The notes below the pieces were generated by a model. That model saw nothing but the letters and a program-made list of their open reading frames with translations. It did no database searches and had not been told where the DNA came from. 64,000 nt of DNA. It comes from Macrostomum lignano (taxonomy: Eukaryota). Position numbers and translations under genes: made by a program. Position 1 is the first letter of the stretch. Each line of letters starts with the position of its first letter. Of this stretch, positions 1 through 12,929 are shown piece by piece. The stretch covers positions 323,013-387,012 of the forward strand of contig NIVC01000997.1 of NCBI GenBank assembly GCA_002269645.1, written 5' to 3'.

Positions 1-135
1 GCTCTGTGCCTTGTGGGTTGGCTCTTATGGGCGCGAATTGCACAAGCCCTCAGACGTCTGAGTTGCTCTGCTACCCAAGCAACTTTTGTTAAACTAAAAA
101 ATACACATAATTTCGTGACGAATGTGCATGCGTAC

Positions 136-1021
136 CATAAGGTTGTTGTTGCGGCTCCTCGCGCGGTTGCTGCTGCTGCTGCTGATAAAGAGGCTGATGA
201 TTCCAACGATTTAAACTGTTGTTTTGCGGAACAGCCTCGTCTGGTACGTCTTCATCATCTTCGTCGTCATAGTTGTCCGGTTCAGCTGGACGCTGCTCAG
301 CTGGATGGCGCATGTCCTCGGCTACGTCCCAGCGTTTCAACGGCTGCTGCTGCTGCTGCTGTCTACCGCGATAATCGTCGCCAGAAGATTGCTCGTCGGA
401 GAAATCGTGACGCACTGGAGGCTGCGACCTCTGTGGCGGAGGTGGCGGCTGCGGCTGGCTGACGGGCTTCGGCGGCTTCGGCTTCACAGCGGGAGGCGGT
501 GGCTTCGGCTTAGTCGCCGGCTTCGGCGGCGGCAGCGGCGGAGGCTGCGGCTGCCTGACAACGTGACGTTCAACAATTTCAATGACGTCCTCGTGCTCGG
601 AGTCGGACAGCGGAACTGGCGGATTCTCGATCACCCGCTGCGGCAGTCGATCGTCTGGAATATCGTCGATAGCTGGAACAGCTGCAGCTGCGGCTGCTGC
701 TGCGGCCTCTTTGGCCGCCTTCTTCTCGCGTCGACGTCTTCGACGCTCCTCGCGTTCCTCCGGCGTTTCGTCCTCTCTATTAGTGTGATGCTTCGATTTT
801 TTGGACTTCTTCTTTCTCTCGCCATTCTCGGGTGCGTCCACTGAAGGCGAGTCAACTCCTCCATCTGCGGATTTCTTGCGTCGAGACGAGGAACGACGAC
901 GCTCGCTGGCCTCCTCTTCGCCTTCGTCGGCGCGATGATGCCTGCGAGAGGACTTCTTCTTGGCGCGACGGACCTCATCTGAGGGGGCACCAATTTCTGG
1001 CTCAACCATGGAGCTTGCCAT
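136..1021 (-). CDS. First coding exon of an unidentified gene; Lys/Arg/Glu-rich then Pro/Gln-rich disordered N-terminus; gene continues off the window
   Basis: 310-codon GC-rich ORF 89-1021 starting at ATG. Likely donor TAT G|GTACGC near 136, after which the sequence turns AT-rich. No recognisable domain. Confidence 0.55.
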
Positions 1022-3299
1022 TTGAAGTTTGTTGCTTTTAGAGTATTAAATCTCTAAGGTAATTTTAGTTGTTAGATTTCGGGCTGGGTTAATCATGCAT
1101 TGAATGAGCCATTGGTTTGTGTAAAGCTTAGGCAAAAAACTGGCATTTGAGGGAGCAACTAAAATTAACCAAAGAAGTTAGAAGCAACTTTAAAAACATT
1201 AAAATGTTAACTAGCTAGATAAGTATAACTTTGCTAGTATCTAAATGTATTTTTTAAATAGCACAATCAAAGAACAATGCCTTTAATCCTACTATCATAA
1301 CAAAATTTTAACTATATATTACAATATTAGTTTTAAATTCTAAGAACTTCTAAAATAGAAATACACATAGAAAGAGAAAGTATATCTACCATAAATGAAT
1401 ATAATTAGGCAATGATTTAAAAAGCTAATTATATTGTAATGTATCAAGTTTTAGTAAGATACTTTATACAAAAACTATAGCTTAAACTTAATAAAACAAA
1501 AATAATTATAAAAGTTCCTCTAAATTTCCTATTTCATTTTACTTTAAATATTTACACGAGCAGATTTGAGATATTATACTAATTAATTTATACTAAATTA
1601 TTTTTGTCAAACCTAATATTTTGCAAAAGTCAAAAATTTTCTAGCATATGTGTATTGTTGTACATAACATACTTTTAAGTGTGGACATGTGGCCAATATC
1701 AGTTTATATATAAATATTGGGTAAAATAGAGTTCTTGCCATTTTTGAAGACTTTTATAAAATAAATTACTTGAAAATATATATAATAGTACCATAGCCCT
1801 GTAACTGAAACTTGAACTCAGTTTGCTCTACATGAGTCAATGGTCTTTTTATACCTCTGCACACATGACTTCTAGAAATTCTGTAGTTTTATCTTCACAA
1901 ACTGCAAAAACTTTTTGTTTTATCCAACAATATGATTAAATAACTTATTCATTTGTAATAAAAACTATTAGTTATTATCACTAAATTATAAAAATATAGC
2001 CCTAAGACTAATATCTAACACTATAGCCCAAGAAATATTGTAAATATATCACAAATTATAAAACAATAAAATCATAAAACATTGACAAATAGACACTGTA
2101 GCAAGGCAGCCAGCCAGAGGCAAGCCAGCAAACATTTAAAAGCTAGTAGTAGTGGTAGTTATTTTCCAACGACATAGTTTCCAAATATGTGCGTCTGCAA
2201 AAAAAATTTAAAATTAGAGACAAGACAAAAATTGATGTCAGAATCCCATTTCTATTTAAAAATATTATGACAAAAGCATAGTAGATACGACGTATAGTAG
2301 ATCACAATTAATTGTAACAGTTAAGTCTTTGTTGTCAAATGGAATTCAGTGGAAATAGACGCAACAAAGGCTTCAGCTTCAACGAAATGCACACTATTCT
2401 GAAAGTAGTCTGAAGCCCAGTCCTCGCCTTCCTGGAAGGGTGTAATTTCCTAGTTTTTAAAATAACCAATGACATATTATTGCATCTACTTATTCTTTAC
2501 TTTATCCTAAATTAGGCTTTATTATTTTATAATGCTTTGCAGAAAAGCAGCACGACTAAGTTGGTAGCTTTAATTGCTTACATATATTGTTCATATTGTT
2601 TTAACTTATGACTGTTTATACTGCATGTTTTTAAATTCAACAACACGGATTATTTTTTAAGATAGAGCACATGAGCCTATTGCCCGCTATCCGGCGCTAT
2701 TCCAAGCAGTTAATCAATTTGCGGGCTTTATCTTCAACCATTTGTCTATGGAACATACGCTCGTATATACATGCTATATATGAGATAAAGCATGCCATTT
2801 TCTGGGCACTATTTACTTTGCGCCCTCGAGCCTAATTAATAATATCCATACGACCAAACGCGCGCCCATACGACTATAATATCAAACTTGTGTTTAGGTT
2901 TGTGTCTATGTAGAGTTACGAACGGGGGTTTTATTCAAGCTATAGAAAGTTTATAAAAATTTAGAGGTCAATTTTTTGGAAAATGCACTGTGGAGATTAG
3001 CAAAAGTTAATTTCTGGGCCTTTTATCCCAAAATCAATTATTGCATTTGGATCTGGTGCAATGAAGATTACCATTCCTTTAGTTATTTATTTGAGTTGTC
3101 GATGCATTTCCTCCGACAATAGGACATCTTCAGGGTCGAAATTTATTTGAACTAAATTATTGAATGCAAACAGTTTATATACATATATATATACATCAAA
3201 ATTACATGTTATGTTATACTTTCATACTTCTCTCCACTCACTGTATATACTGTCTATCTCTCCACTAACTAAAGAACAATTCTTTTCCGCCCAACTCGC

Positions 3300-4060
3300 A
3301 GTACCCCGAATTTCTCACTCATGGCCCTTTCCACAATGGTGACGCCTTGGGTTGTGCACCACAGTGAAGTCAACCATGTTCTTCGAGCCGCAGACGCTGA
3401 CCATGAGCTTAGCCCGGCCAACAGTTTCCAGGGGCGACCAAGAGCCAAGAGGATAAAGCCGCCTTGTTGGCAGCAAAAGTGGCATTTTAGCAGCCTTGAT
3501 CTCCTGAAAGCTCGTCATGTCGATTACATTGCAGTTGGCCCCACTGTCGACAAGGGCTTCCAGTTGCTTGCCATTGATTGAGATTGTTAGTAGCGGCAGT
3601 TTGTCTGTAGCCAGACAGAACACCTCAACGTCGCTTGGTAGACTTCTGAAAGCTCTCCGGGTCCTGCCGCCTTTGATCATCGAGGGTGTGCACTCGGTCT
3701 CTTAAGTTCCGCTTGGACATGCAGGCCCACTTGTCAACGCTCTGGTCGGGCTGCTGCTTGCAGTTTCAGAATTCATACCTGGAGAACACAATACTGTTGC
3801 AATTGGTGAAGTGGTCCTTGAATGACTTGTGGAGTGACTTGATGGTGTCTTCGGTGTTGCTCAGCTGTTTGCTACAGTTCGGGCAGCTCTTTGCGGCCTG
3901 AATGAAGCACAAGAATTGCGATGACCAGTCTTCCCTGCGCAAAGCGAGAGTGTGAGGTTCACAGCTGACATCAAATGGCTCAGGTGAGGGCAGTTACAGT
4001 TGGACAGCCATTGCTTTGCTTGCCACGCCAATGTATTAATTGACGCGAGGCCACTTGGGC
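3300..4060 (-). mobile_element. Decayed Ty3/gypsy LTR-retrotransposon gag-protease fragment
   Basis: ORF 3315-3680 has retropepsin motif LEALVDSGANCNVID. Upstream gag-like IVFSRYEF*NCKQQPDQSVDKW contains an in-frame stop. Confidence 0.7.
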
Positions 4061-4488
4061 ATTGAATGCGATTTATATTTGAAGTCTAAGGGTTCGCTCA
4101 GAGAACAACGTGCCCTTGAGTATTGTGGATGTACATTAGTTTTATGTACATTATAAACAGACAAGGGCGCAAGGTAGAATATCCAATATTATCATATTTC
4201 ATATTATTTTTGATATTTATCATTTTTTTATTTAATTATTATTTATTTAGATTAGATTATTTATCAAATATATTTCATTCAAGAAGGAAAAAAATAAAAG
4301 TGGTCGAGTCTGTTACAAACCTTTGCTTTGTACAGTTCATCTCAGGGGTAGGCGAGTAGTCACTAGAATCAATAGAAGTCAGAGTAAACATTTGCCCAAA
4401 AAATCTTAATTCAAGTCATTCAAGTTGTCTTCTATGAAAATTTCAGCAAAAACACCTCCAGCATGTCACAACAAGAGCAAAAACAAAC

Positions 4489-4527
<39 letters not shown>

Positions 4528-5226
4528 GCAACAGCAGCCAGCAGTAGCCACTTGCGGTCGTGGCCGGGCTCGAGGCAGGGCGGCGCCGCCCACACAAGCG
4601 CCACCTGTGTCTCGGCAAGACGAACAGCCGCAACCGCCTATGCAGCTTCAGCCTCCGGCAGATGAGGCTCAGCCAGGAGCAGCAGCCGCCGCCGCAGCTC
4701 CAGCCGTTCAAGGCACCGAAGGTGGCAGTGAAGAATTTGATCGCCTGGCCCAAGGAATGGAGCTCGCCCGTGGCCCGTCTCGGTGGCCACGACAACGAGC
4801 GCGGCGGCCTGTCCAGGAAGCTGCTTCGCTATCGCATCGCCGACGTCCGACCGCCGGGCGTGGAGCTGACTCGCGGAGTCAGCGGTGAACCGGTCGCTCT
4901 GATTAGCAACAACATTCGCCTGAGCGTATCTACAAATTTCCAGGCAATGCAAAATAAGGTGTTATTTAGACCGGGGCTCGAGTCCAAGCAGCTTCGGCTG
5001 CAGGTGAGTGTTGGCAGTTTAAATCATTCAATAAACAAGTAAGCCTTGGCTGTTTAACTTACAATATTTGGCCATTGGAACAGAGCATTACTCAAGAAAA
5101 CGACTTTTCAGTCGTCACTTATCAGACTTGTAGCACAAATGTTAATTCACTTGTTAAAAATCTACATAGCGAATTTGGATGTTTAGTCTTAGGCTGGCTC
5201 AGTCTTTCAAATTAATTTTCTGTCTC

Positions 5227-5805
5227 TTGGTGGGCGCCCTTTATCTCCTTGGTGGGCGGGCGCCCTATATCTCCTTGGTGGGCGGGCGCCCTATATCTCC
5301 TTGGTGGGCGGGCGCCCTATATCTCTTTGGTGGGCGCCTTATATCTCCTTGGTGGGCGCCCTATATCTCCTTGGTGGCGCCCTATATCTTCTTGGTGGGC
5401 GCCTTATATCTCCTTGGTGGGCGCCCTATATCTCCTTGGTTGGCGCCCTATATCTCCTTGGTTGGCGCCCTATATCTCCTTGGTGGGCGGGCGCCCTATA
5501 TCTCTTTGGTGGGCGGGCGCCCTATATCTCTTTGGTGGGCGGGCGCCCTATATCTCCTTGGTGGGCGGGCGCCCTATATCTCTTTGGTAGGCGCCTTATA
5601 TCTCCTTGGTGGGCGGGCGCCCTATATCTCTTTGGTGGGCGCCTCATATCTCCTTGGTGGGCGGGCGCCCTATATCTCTTTGGTGGGCGCCTTATATCTC
5701 CTTGGTGGGCACCCTAGATCTCCTTGGTGGGCGCCCTAGATCTCCTTGGTGGGCGCCCTAGATCTCCTTGGTGGGCGCCCTAGATCTCCTTGGTGGGCGC
5801 CCTAT
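5227..5805. repeat. Minisatellite (21/25-bp units, CTCCTTGGTGGGCG[GGCG]CCCTATAT) in piwi intron 1
   Basis: Direct tandem units; periodic ORFs in several frames. Confidence 0.95.
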
Positions 5806-6511
5806 ATCAATGGCATCATATGCAAGAGGTGGCTTTTTGAGTCACTCTTAATTGAAATTTAACAAAAGAAATCTAAGGAAATTAATATTATTCCATTATT
5901 TTGTTTTAATCGTTGCAGGTCCTCCAAGACTCCGGCCGCCTGCCAGACGCATTTATCTATGACGGTGGCATCCTGTACACGCCTCAGCCGCTGGAGACGC
6001 CACCGGAGGGCGTGCATTTCGAAGCGACAGCTGGTCGATGGCACGGCGAAGTGACTATCGTACAGATTGGCCCGGTGCTGCACAACAGCCCGGAGTATTT
6101 GCACCTGCTGAATGTGCTCATTGCTAGTGCGCAGCAGGATCTCGGCATGCAGCAGGTGCAGCGAAACTACTTTTATCCGGACAGAGAGATTACACTCGCT
6201 AATTCTCGTCTGGCAGTGAGCATTCTCATGTTTATGGACTCGGTGTTGTTGTGCGATTCACAACTCATGAAGGCGAACCCCCAAGGCACAAAGTGTACAT
6301 TGAGAGCAGAGGATTGCTGAGTTGTCAAGGCTCATGACGGATGAGTTTTTGAGATGCCAGTGGTCAATTGGGAATGTTTTTGGTAGGCCAAGAATCAAAG
6401 GGAGGGTAGAGATAAGGTCAAGTCATGGCCTAAAAGGAGGCTTTTTTGCTTTAAACATCATTTTCTTTAAGATACCCAGGTAACAAACAATCGTCACAAA
6501 TATTCCTTTTT

Positions 6512-6702
6512 GCGGCCTAGTTGGTACTGTAAGCTTCAATTTAATCATAGATACGGAAATCAGACTTGCGAGACTGAAATGTTTCTGTCTATGGTTGACA
6601 CTCGCTGGCATAGCGGAGTTCAATTTAATCCTGGGGGCATCAATTCAGTCTGATTTCCGTATCTATGATTAAATTGAAAGCTTTCAGTACCAACTGGGCC
6701 GC
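6512..6702. repeat. Inverted repeat (about 55-bp arms, about 80-bp spacer), MITE-like, in piwi intron 2
   Basis: 6512-6566 (GCGGCCTAGTTGGTACTG...GGAAATCAGACT) is the near-perfect reverse complement of 6647-6702. Confidence 0.85.
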
Positions 6703-8624
6703 AGAATGGAATAACAAACAATGTAGATTATTCAAAAATTTGTATTCCTTTCTTTGTTGCCACCACAACGGGGGGTGGGCGTTGATAGCTATTTGCTAAT
6801 CAAGTGCTAAAATATTGTATCTATTGCAGACTACGTTACTTCACTTTTATCTGGCTTCCTAACTGAATATTTCAATTTGAACTGTAGGAAGCTGCAATCA
6901 TTTTACCATTGCAGATGTGGCCCGGTTTCTATGCCGCCGTGGTGCCCTCCGAGGAGCCCGAATTCCCTCTGCTGCATGTTGACTTGCTGTTCGAAGTGGT
7001 TCACCAATACACTGTTCTGGATTATATGTATGAGCAGGTGCAGGCGAACAAAGACAATTTGTTCCAATACTTCAATGAAGCATTAGTTGGCCAAAGCGTC
7101 ATGATGCGCTTGAACAATAACCGTAAATTCCTCATCAACGATATTGATTGGGAGGCAAATGTCTTCACCGAATTTGAATACAGAGATCCGGCTACGAATG
7201 AACTACGCAGCATCACTATTGGCGAGTACTATAGAACAAGGTACGGTTATCAGATCCAGGATGCTAGCCAGCCGATGCTCGTGTCAGTTCCGCGTCGTCG
7301 GGGTCAGGAAGGTCGCGGCCAGGTACAACCACTGCACGCTTGTTTTTTGTCATGCGCTATATTTGTTTGTGTGAGCGGGTGTACGAGTGCGGGCCCGCGT
7401 ACGGTATTGGCGCTTTTGGCGCATTTAGCGTTGTGGTAATCAATAATTTTTCTTTAAGGCGGCAAAATATAGCGCCTTCGGCGCCAAAATGAGTGCCTGC
7501 GGCGCTAAAAGGAGTGCTTGCGGTGCCAAAATAAGTGCCAAAATTTAGTCATGTAGTACAAATTTAGTACATGTTGAACTCTTGGCTTTGTCCCCCACCA
7601 TAAAATCCATGGCGACGCCCCTGTATGGGACAAAGCGACATGGCATACGCATGAATTAATAGCCCACTGGTGTATCTGATACGTACCCCTTTATTATGCG
7701 CATAGAAATGGAAACCTACAAGAAAATCAGCATTTAGTATACAGTTTCCATCGAAACGGTTTGATCGGGTAAGTCTCTGTATTAAGACGTACTAAGCATT
7801 GCGGTCAAACCTCGGATGGGCAATTCGTCTGCGGGTTAATTCTCGTGGACCCCGGTTGTGGGACATGTCACCGTATTGTGAATATTTATTTATATTAACA
7901 GTTTTATTTCAACAGGCCCCAAGAAGTCTGATACCGCCGGAATTGTGCATCATGACCGGATTGACCGTCGAGATGCTCGGGGACCGCCAGTTGATTACGG
8001 ACAAAAACAGCATCGTCAGGCAGAGGCCGAGGGCTCGGTACATCGGCTGATGCAGTTCGCGAATGACATGGCTGGCAATCAAGCCTCGCAGCAGCGCTCG
8101 GCCCGATACGGTGTGGAGATTCGACCGGAGTTGGTGCACGTCAACGGCAGGCGGCTGCCTCCTGAGCAGGTTTTAATGTCCTCTCCGAGGGTGGACCGAT
8201 TGTCGGTGAGTGCAGTGGGATCAGATCCTCATTTTCACTGGTCCTAGGGCAGAAAACTGCAGCTCAGTAGCAACTCAGCGATTAAATTACTAGTTGGATC
8301 GATTCTGCGAATTCATGCACATTCTGCAATATTCAAATCGACTCGAAACAAGCAAGTCACACCTTCCATTCCGTCAACAATCAACAATCCGTCACTCGCC
8401 ACTCAGAAACGTGAGCAGCTCAGACGAAAGATCGACTACGGTGGCCAGCAGGGTGGCCCTGCAGATGAGCTGCAAGCTGGGCGGCATACCCTGGGGCCTG
8501 AGCATGCCGTACGAGGGTTGCATGGTGGTCGGCATGGACTCCTATCATGACAGACGGCATAACCAGTCGGTTCTGGGCATTGTCTTCTCTCTGAATCGTG
8601 AGCGACTCTGGTTTCAATGGTTGA

Positions 8625-9590
8625 TGCGTTGGGAAGATTGGGAATATTGGAAGATTAGGGATGTTGGAAGATTGAGGAAATTGGAAGATTGAGGATGTTG
8701 GAAGATTGAGGATGTTGGAAGATTGAGGATGTTGGAAGAATGAGGATGTTAGAAGAATGAGGATGTTTGAAGATGAAGGATGTTGGAAGAATGAGGATGT
8801 TGGAAGATTGAGGATGTTGGAAGAATGAGGATGTTAAAAGATTGAGGATGTTGGAAGATTGAGGATGTTGGAAGAATGAGGATGTTAGAAGAATGAGGAT
8901 GTTTGAAGATGAAGGATGTTGGAAGAATGAGGATGTTGGAAGATTGAGGATGTTGGAAGAATGAGGATGTTGAAAGATTGAGGATGTTTGAAGAATGAGG
9001 ATGTTGGAAGATTGAGGATGTTTGAAGATGGAGAATGTTAGAAGAATGAGGATGTTTGAAGATGAAGGATGTTGGAAGAATGAGGATGTTGGAAGATTTG
9101 TGACATTGGAAGATTGAGGATAATGTATGTTGGAATATTAGGGATGTTGGAAGATTGAGGAAATTGGAAGATTGAGGAAATTGGAAGATTGAGGAAATTG
9201 GAAGATTGAGGATGTTAAAGATTGAGGATGTTAAAGATTGAGGATGTTGGGGATTGAGGATAATGGATGTTTGAAGATTGAGGATGTTAAAGATTGAGGA
9301 TGTTGGGGATTGAGGATAATGGATGTTTGAAGATTGAGGATGTTTGAAGATTGAGGATGTTAAAGATTGAGGATGTTGGGGATTGAGGATAATGGATGTT
9401 TGAAGATTGAGGATGTTAAAGATTGAGGATGTTGGGGATTGAGGATAATGGATGTTTGAAGATTGGGGATGTTGGGGATTGAGGATAATGGATGTTTGAA
9501 GATCGAGGATGTTGGAAGATTAAGGATGTTGGAATGTTGTGAGGATGGGAGATTAAGGATAATTGAAAATTGCGGATGTTGCAAGATAGG
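8625..9590. repeat. 17-bp minisatellite (GATTGAGGATGTTGGAA) in a piwi intron
   Basis: Tandem degenerate 17-mers. Confidence 0.95.
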
Positions 9591-10009
9591 TAGATCTTTA
9601 GCAAAGATACGAGCGTAGGCTAACGATCAGTGACTTCAACCTCTGACGCCCCATCAACAACTCCAGCCCTGATGACGCAGTACTACTCCTACGCAGCAAT
9701 GATGCAGCATGGCAGAGCCGAGTTGCACCAGTGTGGCAGAGCCGAGCTGCACCAGCGTCTGGTACAGGGCTTCAGTGCTGCACTGGAGAGGTACAGGCTA
9801 AGCAATGGCGGCAGCCTACCCGCCTCCATTGTCATCTACAGAGACGGTGTCAGCGACTCCATGCTGGAGCAGGTCAAGGATATCGAGTTTGCTCAGGTGC
9901 GATTCGTGCCATGTCTAATAGTGTCTGTCTCAGCACGTGTTGCAGCACCTGTCTCAGCACCTGTCTCTTTTTTATTAAAGACGGGGGGCTGCGTGCACCC
10001 TGGCGCACT

Positions 10010-10335
10010 TTAGTCGACATTGTCACACAACCGGCGAGAGGCATTACTGCCCATTCCGCCGACTCCCCTGAGCAGTCAAACAAGCGCGCGGATACGTACG
10101 CAGTCATACGCACCGGCACACACTCACACAGGAGTGTACAGCGGCCCTAACTTTATTTATCGTTAGGCATGTACACTTCACTGTGTCTTGGGGGTTGGCC
10201 CTCAAGCTGGGCGTTAATTGCACGAGCAGAGCCAAGCCGAGATTCCAGATTAGCCCCAAATGAATGTGACTGCACTTGGAATCGAGCCTGGGCCGCTGGC
10301 ACATCAGAGTCTCGCTAGACCACTGGGCTACATGT
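10010..10335 (-). mobile_element. tRNA-derived SINE, family A
   Basis: Reverse strand has A box TAGCCCAGTGG and B box GGCTCGATTCC. Body is near-identical to 39885-40170; fragments at about 6255-6300, 12480-12570 and 59225-59345. Confidence 0.75.
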
Positions 10336-11189
10336 CTCAGCACCTGTCCCACCCGCACCACCGCAGGTGTCGGTATTTCTGCGCGAGCTGTACAGCGCCG
10401 CTAGACGGCCGCCGCCCGGCCTGAAGGTGATCGTCGTGAAGAAGCGAATCAGCGCGCGGTTTTTCCTGCAACAGCAGCAGCAGCAGCAAAATCGGGAATT
10501 GAGCAACCCGCTGCCAGGTACCGTGGTGGACTCAACAGTAACCATGCCGGGTTATTATGACTTCTATCTGGTGTCACAGTTCACCCAACAGGTGCGATTT
10601 TGTCTCTGATTATCAAATTAGCTATTAGTTAAGCAAAGTTAGCTGAGGTTAGTTCTGTAAAATAAGTTTGTGTAAACTGTCTTAAAAACTTGCCACGCAG
10701 GGCACTGTCACGCCAACGCACTAAAATGTCATCATTGACGAAAACGAAACCCGATTAAACGCTGATTCGGTTCAAGTTTTTACCTACAAACTGACTCACC
10801 TGTACGCTAATTGGCCTGGCACTATTCGAGTCCTAGCGCCTTGCCAGTACGCCCACCGATTGGCTTACCTGGTTGGTCAGAGCCTCGGGAAGGAGCCGAA
10901 TCCGCAGATCTGCGACCAGCTGTTCTACCTTTAATCTGGGCCCTAACGCATGGCCTCTCTTAGCAATATAAATTCAACAATCCTTAATTGTTGTTGTTAA
11001 CCAATTAGCATAGCTAGTTTACTCCTTGTGCAATTTGCGTTGTCATAGTTGAATAAGTACGGTTTTATAGTTGCTATAACTGTTGACTGGATAAACATAT
11101 GAACTTGTAATTTTTACCCAACAATTTTGCACATATGGGCAGCAAACAACTTTATTTTGGCTTTCTTTATCTACCTGCATGAAACTTTG

Positions 11190-11869
11190 TTATGTTATAT
11201 GAAAGTACAGACCTCAAGATGAAAAACTGCGACTTCTGTCTATGGCAAAAGACCCGAGAAAGTTTAGAACTTGCTGCCACATTCGGCTACTTTCCCAGCA
11301 AAGTTGTCTGGGAATAATTTTGCAGTTTTGAGCTGCATAACGCTACTGGTTGAGAGATTTGGCTGAAAATCTTTAACTTGAAATCGTTTCTGAGGTCGGT
11401 CAGAAGTTGGATCGAAGGAAGGTCAAGCATTGCCACGCAAGATTAAGTTGCTTGTCTACAAAAGTGTCCTTATCAAGAAGCGCCGCATCATATGTGCCAA
11501 GCCCTTAATCTTGTGGGACAAAGCTCGCCCTCACGCTGCCTTGGCCACCATAAGAAGAGTGGAAGAGCTTGGCTTTGGGCTACCCTAATCGCCCACCTTA
11601 CGGATTGAGCGCACAGAATCACTGAAGAAAAAATGAACATTGGCGCTGATTTTTTGGCATGTCGAACGCGTTTAAACTTGTTATTATCTTGAGGTTTGGA
11701 CTTTCATATAACATAACACAGTTGCATGCAGCTAGATAAAGCTCGAAATAAAGTTGTTTATTGCTCAAATGTGTCAGATTTTTGGGGGTAAAATTTTAAG
11801 TTTATAAGTTTATTCAGCAAAAGTTACAACAAAATTCAATTCTCGTTACTTTTGAAACACCCCTCGTTA
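11190..11869 (+). mobile_element. Decayed Tc1/mariner transposon relic
   Basis: LILWDKARPHAALATIRRVEELGFGLP*SP at about 11505-11595 resembles the mariner HDNARPH region. TIR-like end ACTTTTGAAACACCCCTCGT followed by TA at about 11848-11869. Left boundary approximate. Confidence 0.65.
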
Positions 11870-12574
11870 GTACTTAGTAGTAGTAGTATTGTTGTTGTTG
11901 TTGTTGTTGTAACTAAGTAATGTAAAGTAAAATCGACAAAAGGACCAAGCAATGGAGACCGAAGAGGATCTCGCTGTCCCTGGCGACAGGACGAGATTGA
12001 GCCGTCTGGGATCGAGACAACTTGTACGGAGCTACAAAGAACCGGACTATATATAGAATAGTCTCGTCTCGTACGCCCGGAGACGACCAGGCGAACGTTC
12101 CGCCGATGGAGAAAGGACTTAAGAGCCAGAGCCGTCTAACTCAGCCAATGCGTCAAATCCACCACTCCGCCACCCCTGCGAGGGCAGAGCGGACTTCCCT
12201 AGCAACTAGCTATTTTGGTGCTTTTGGCTGAACTTGACCAAGGGCTGCGTCCCCACTTAAAACATCTGTTGTGAAGGCACTCTCCGCCTCAAACGAGAGG
12301 AACTCTGGAATTAATATAAAAGCAGGATCGGAGCGCAAAATCTGCGCTGTGCTGCTTCTCTCGGATCAAGTTTTGCTTGGAGCTGGGTTAACACTCAGTT
12401 AAATATTGCGTTATTGTATCGTTCGTTTGAGTTCTTCACTTTAGCGGCCACTGACTCCTAAGCACATGCAGACGCCCTAATGCTGTAGGCAGGCCCACAC
12501 TCTTGCACACGGTCACACACAGGGTGTACAGAGGTCCTGACTTTCTAATCGTCCGGCATGTACATGTCCAGCAT

Positions 12575-12927
12575 TTCCCTCCCCTGTGTCTCTCACGTCC
12601 TCTGTTTCTCTCAGTCCCTCCCTGTGTCTCTCACGTCCTCTGTTTCTCTCAGTCCCTCCCTGTGTCTCTCACGTCCCTCCCGTTGTCTCACGTCCCTCCC
12701 TGTGTCTCTCACGTCCTCTGTTTCTCTCAGTCCCTCCCCTGTGTCTCTCACGTCCTCTGTTTCTCTCAGTCCCTCCCCTGTGTCTCTCACGTCCTCTGTT
12801 TCTCTCAGTCCCTCCCCTGTGTCTCTCACGTCCTCTGTTCCTCAGTCCCTCCCCTGTGTCTCTCACGTCCTCTGTTTCTCTCAGTCCCTCCCCTGTGTCT
12901 CTCACGTCCTCTGTTTCTCTCAGTCCC
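12575..12927. repeat. About 39-bp CT-rich minisatellite
   Basis: Unit CCCTGTGTCTCTCACGTCCTCTGTTTCTCTCAGTCCCTC repeated about 9 times. Confidence 0.95.
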
Positions 12928-12929
12928 TG

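Larger units (their letters stand above)
4463..10934 (+). pseudogene. piwi: PIWI-clade Argonaute (piwi-like), disrupted: N, PAZ and PIWI domains present, MID largely absent
   Basis: Exons about 4463-5003, 5919-6215, 6915-7322, 7916-8205, 8407-8597, 9667-9896, 10367-10591, 10701-10934. Piwi motifs: GRGRARG, GVSGEPVALISN, FIYDGGILY, MWPGF, PELCIMTGLT, VNGRRLPPE, RVALQMSCKLGG, VGMDSYHD, IVIYRDGVS, VVKKRISARF, NPLPGTVVD, YDFYLVSQ, LTHLYANWPGTIRVLAPCQYAHRLAYLVGQS, LFYL*. Lesions: frameshift near 4770-4830, frameshift near 8037, TAA at 10722-10724. Confidence 0.9.

Noticed and set aside
89-1021. Assignment to TMEM237 or similar
   Set aside because: Only compositional similarity (basic low-complexity N-terminus); no diagnostic motif in the window.
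10722-10724. TAA read as Tyr (alternative flatworm code) in the PTHY motif
   Set aside because: UAA=Tyr has been proposed only for a mitochondrial code. This is intron-containing nuclear DNA, and TAA is used as a true stop here (10932, 44568).
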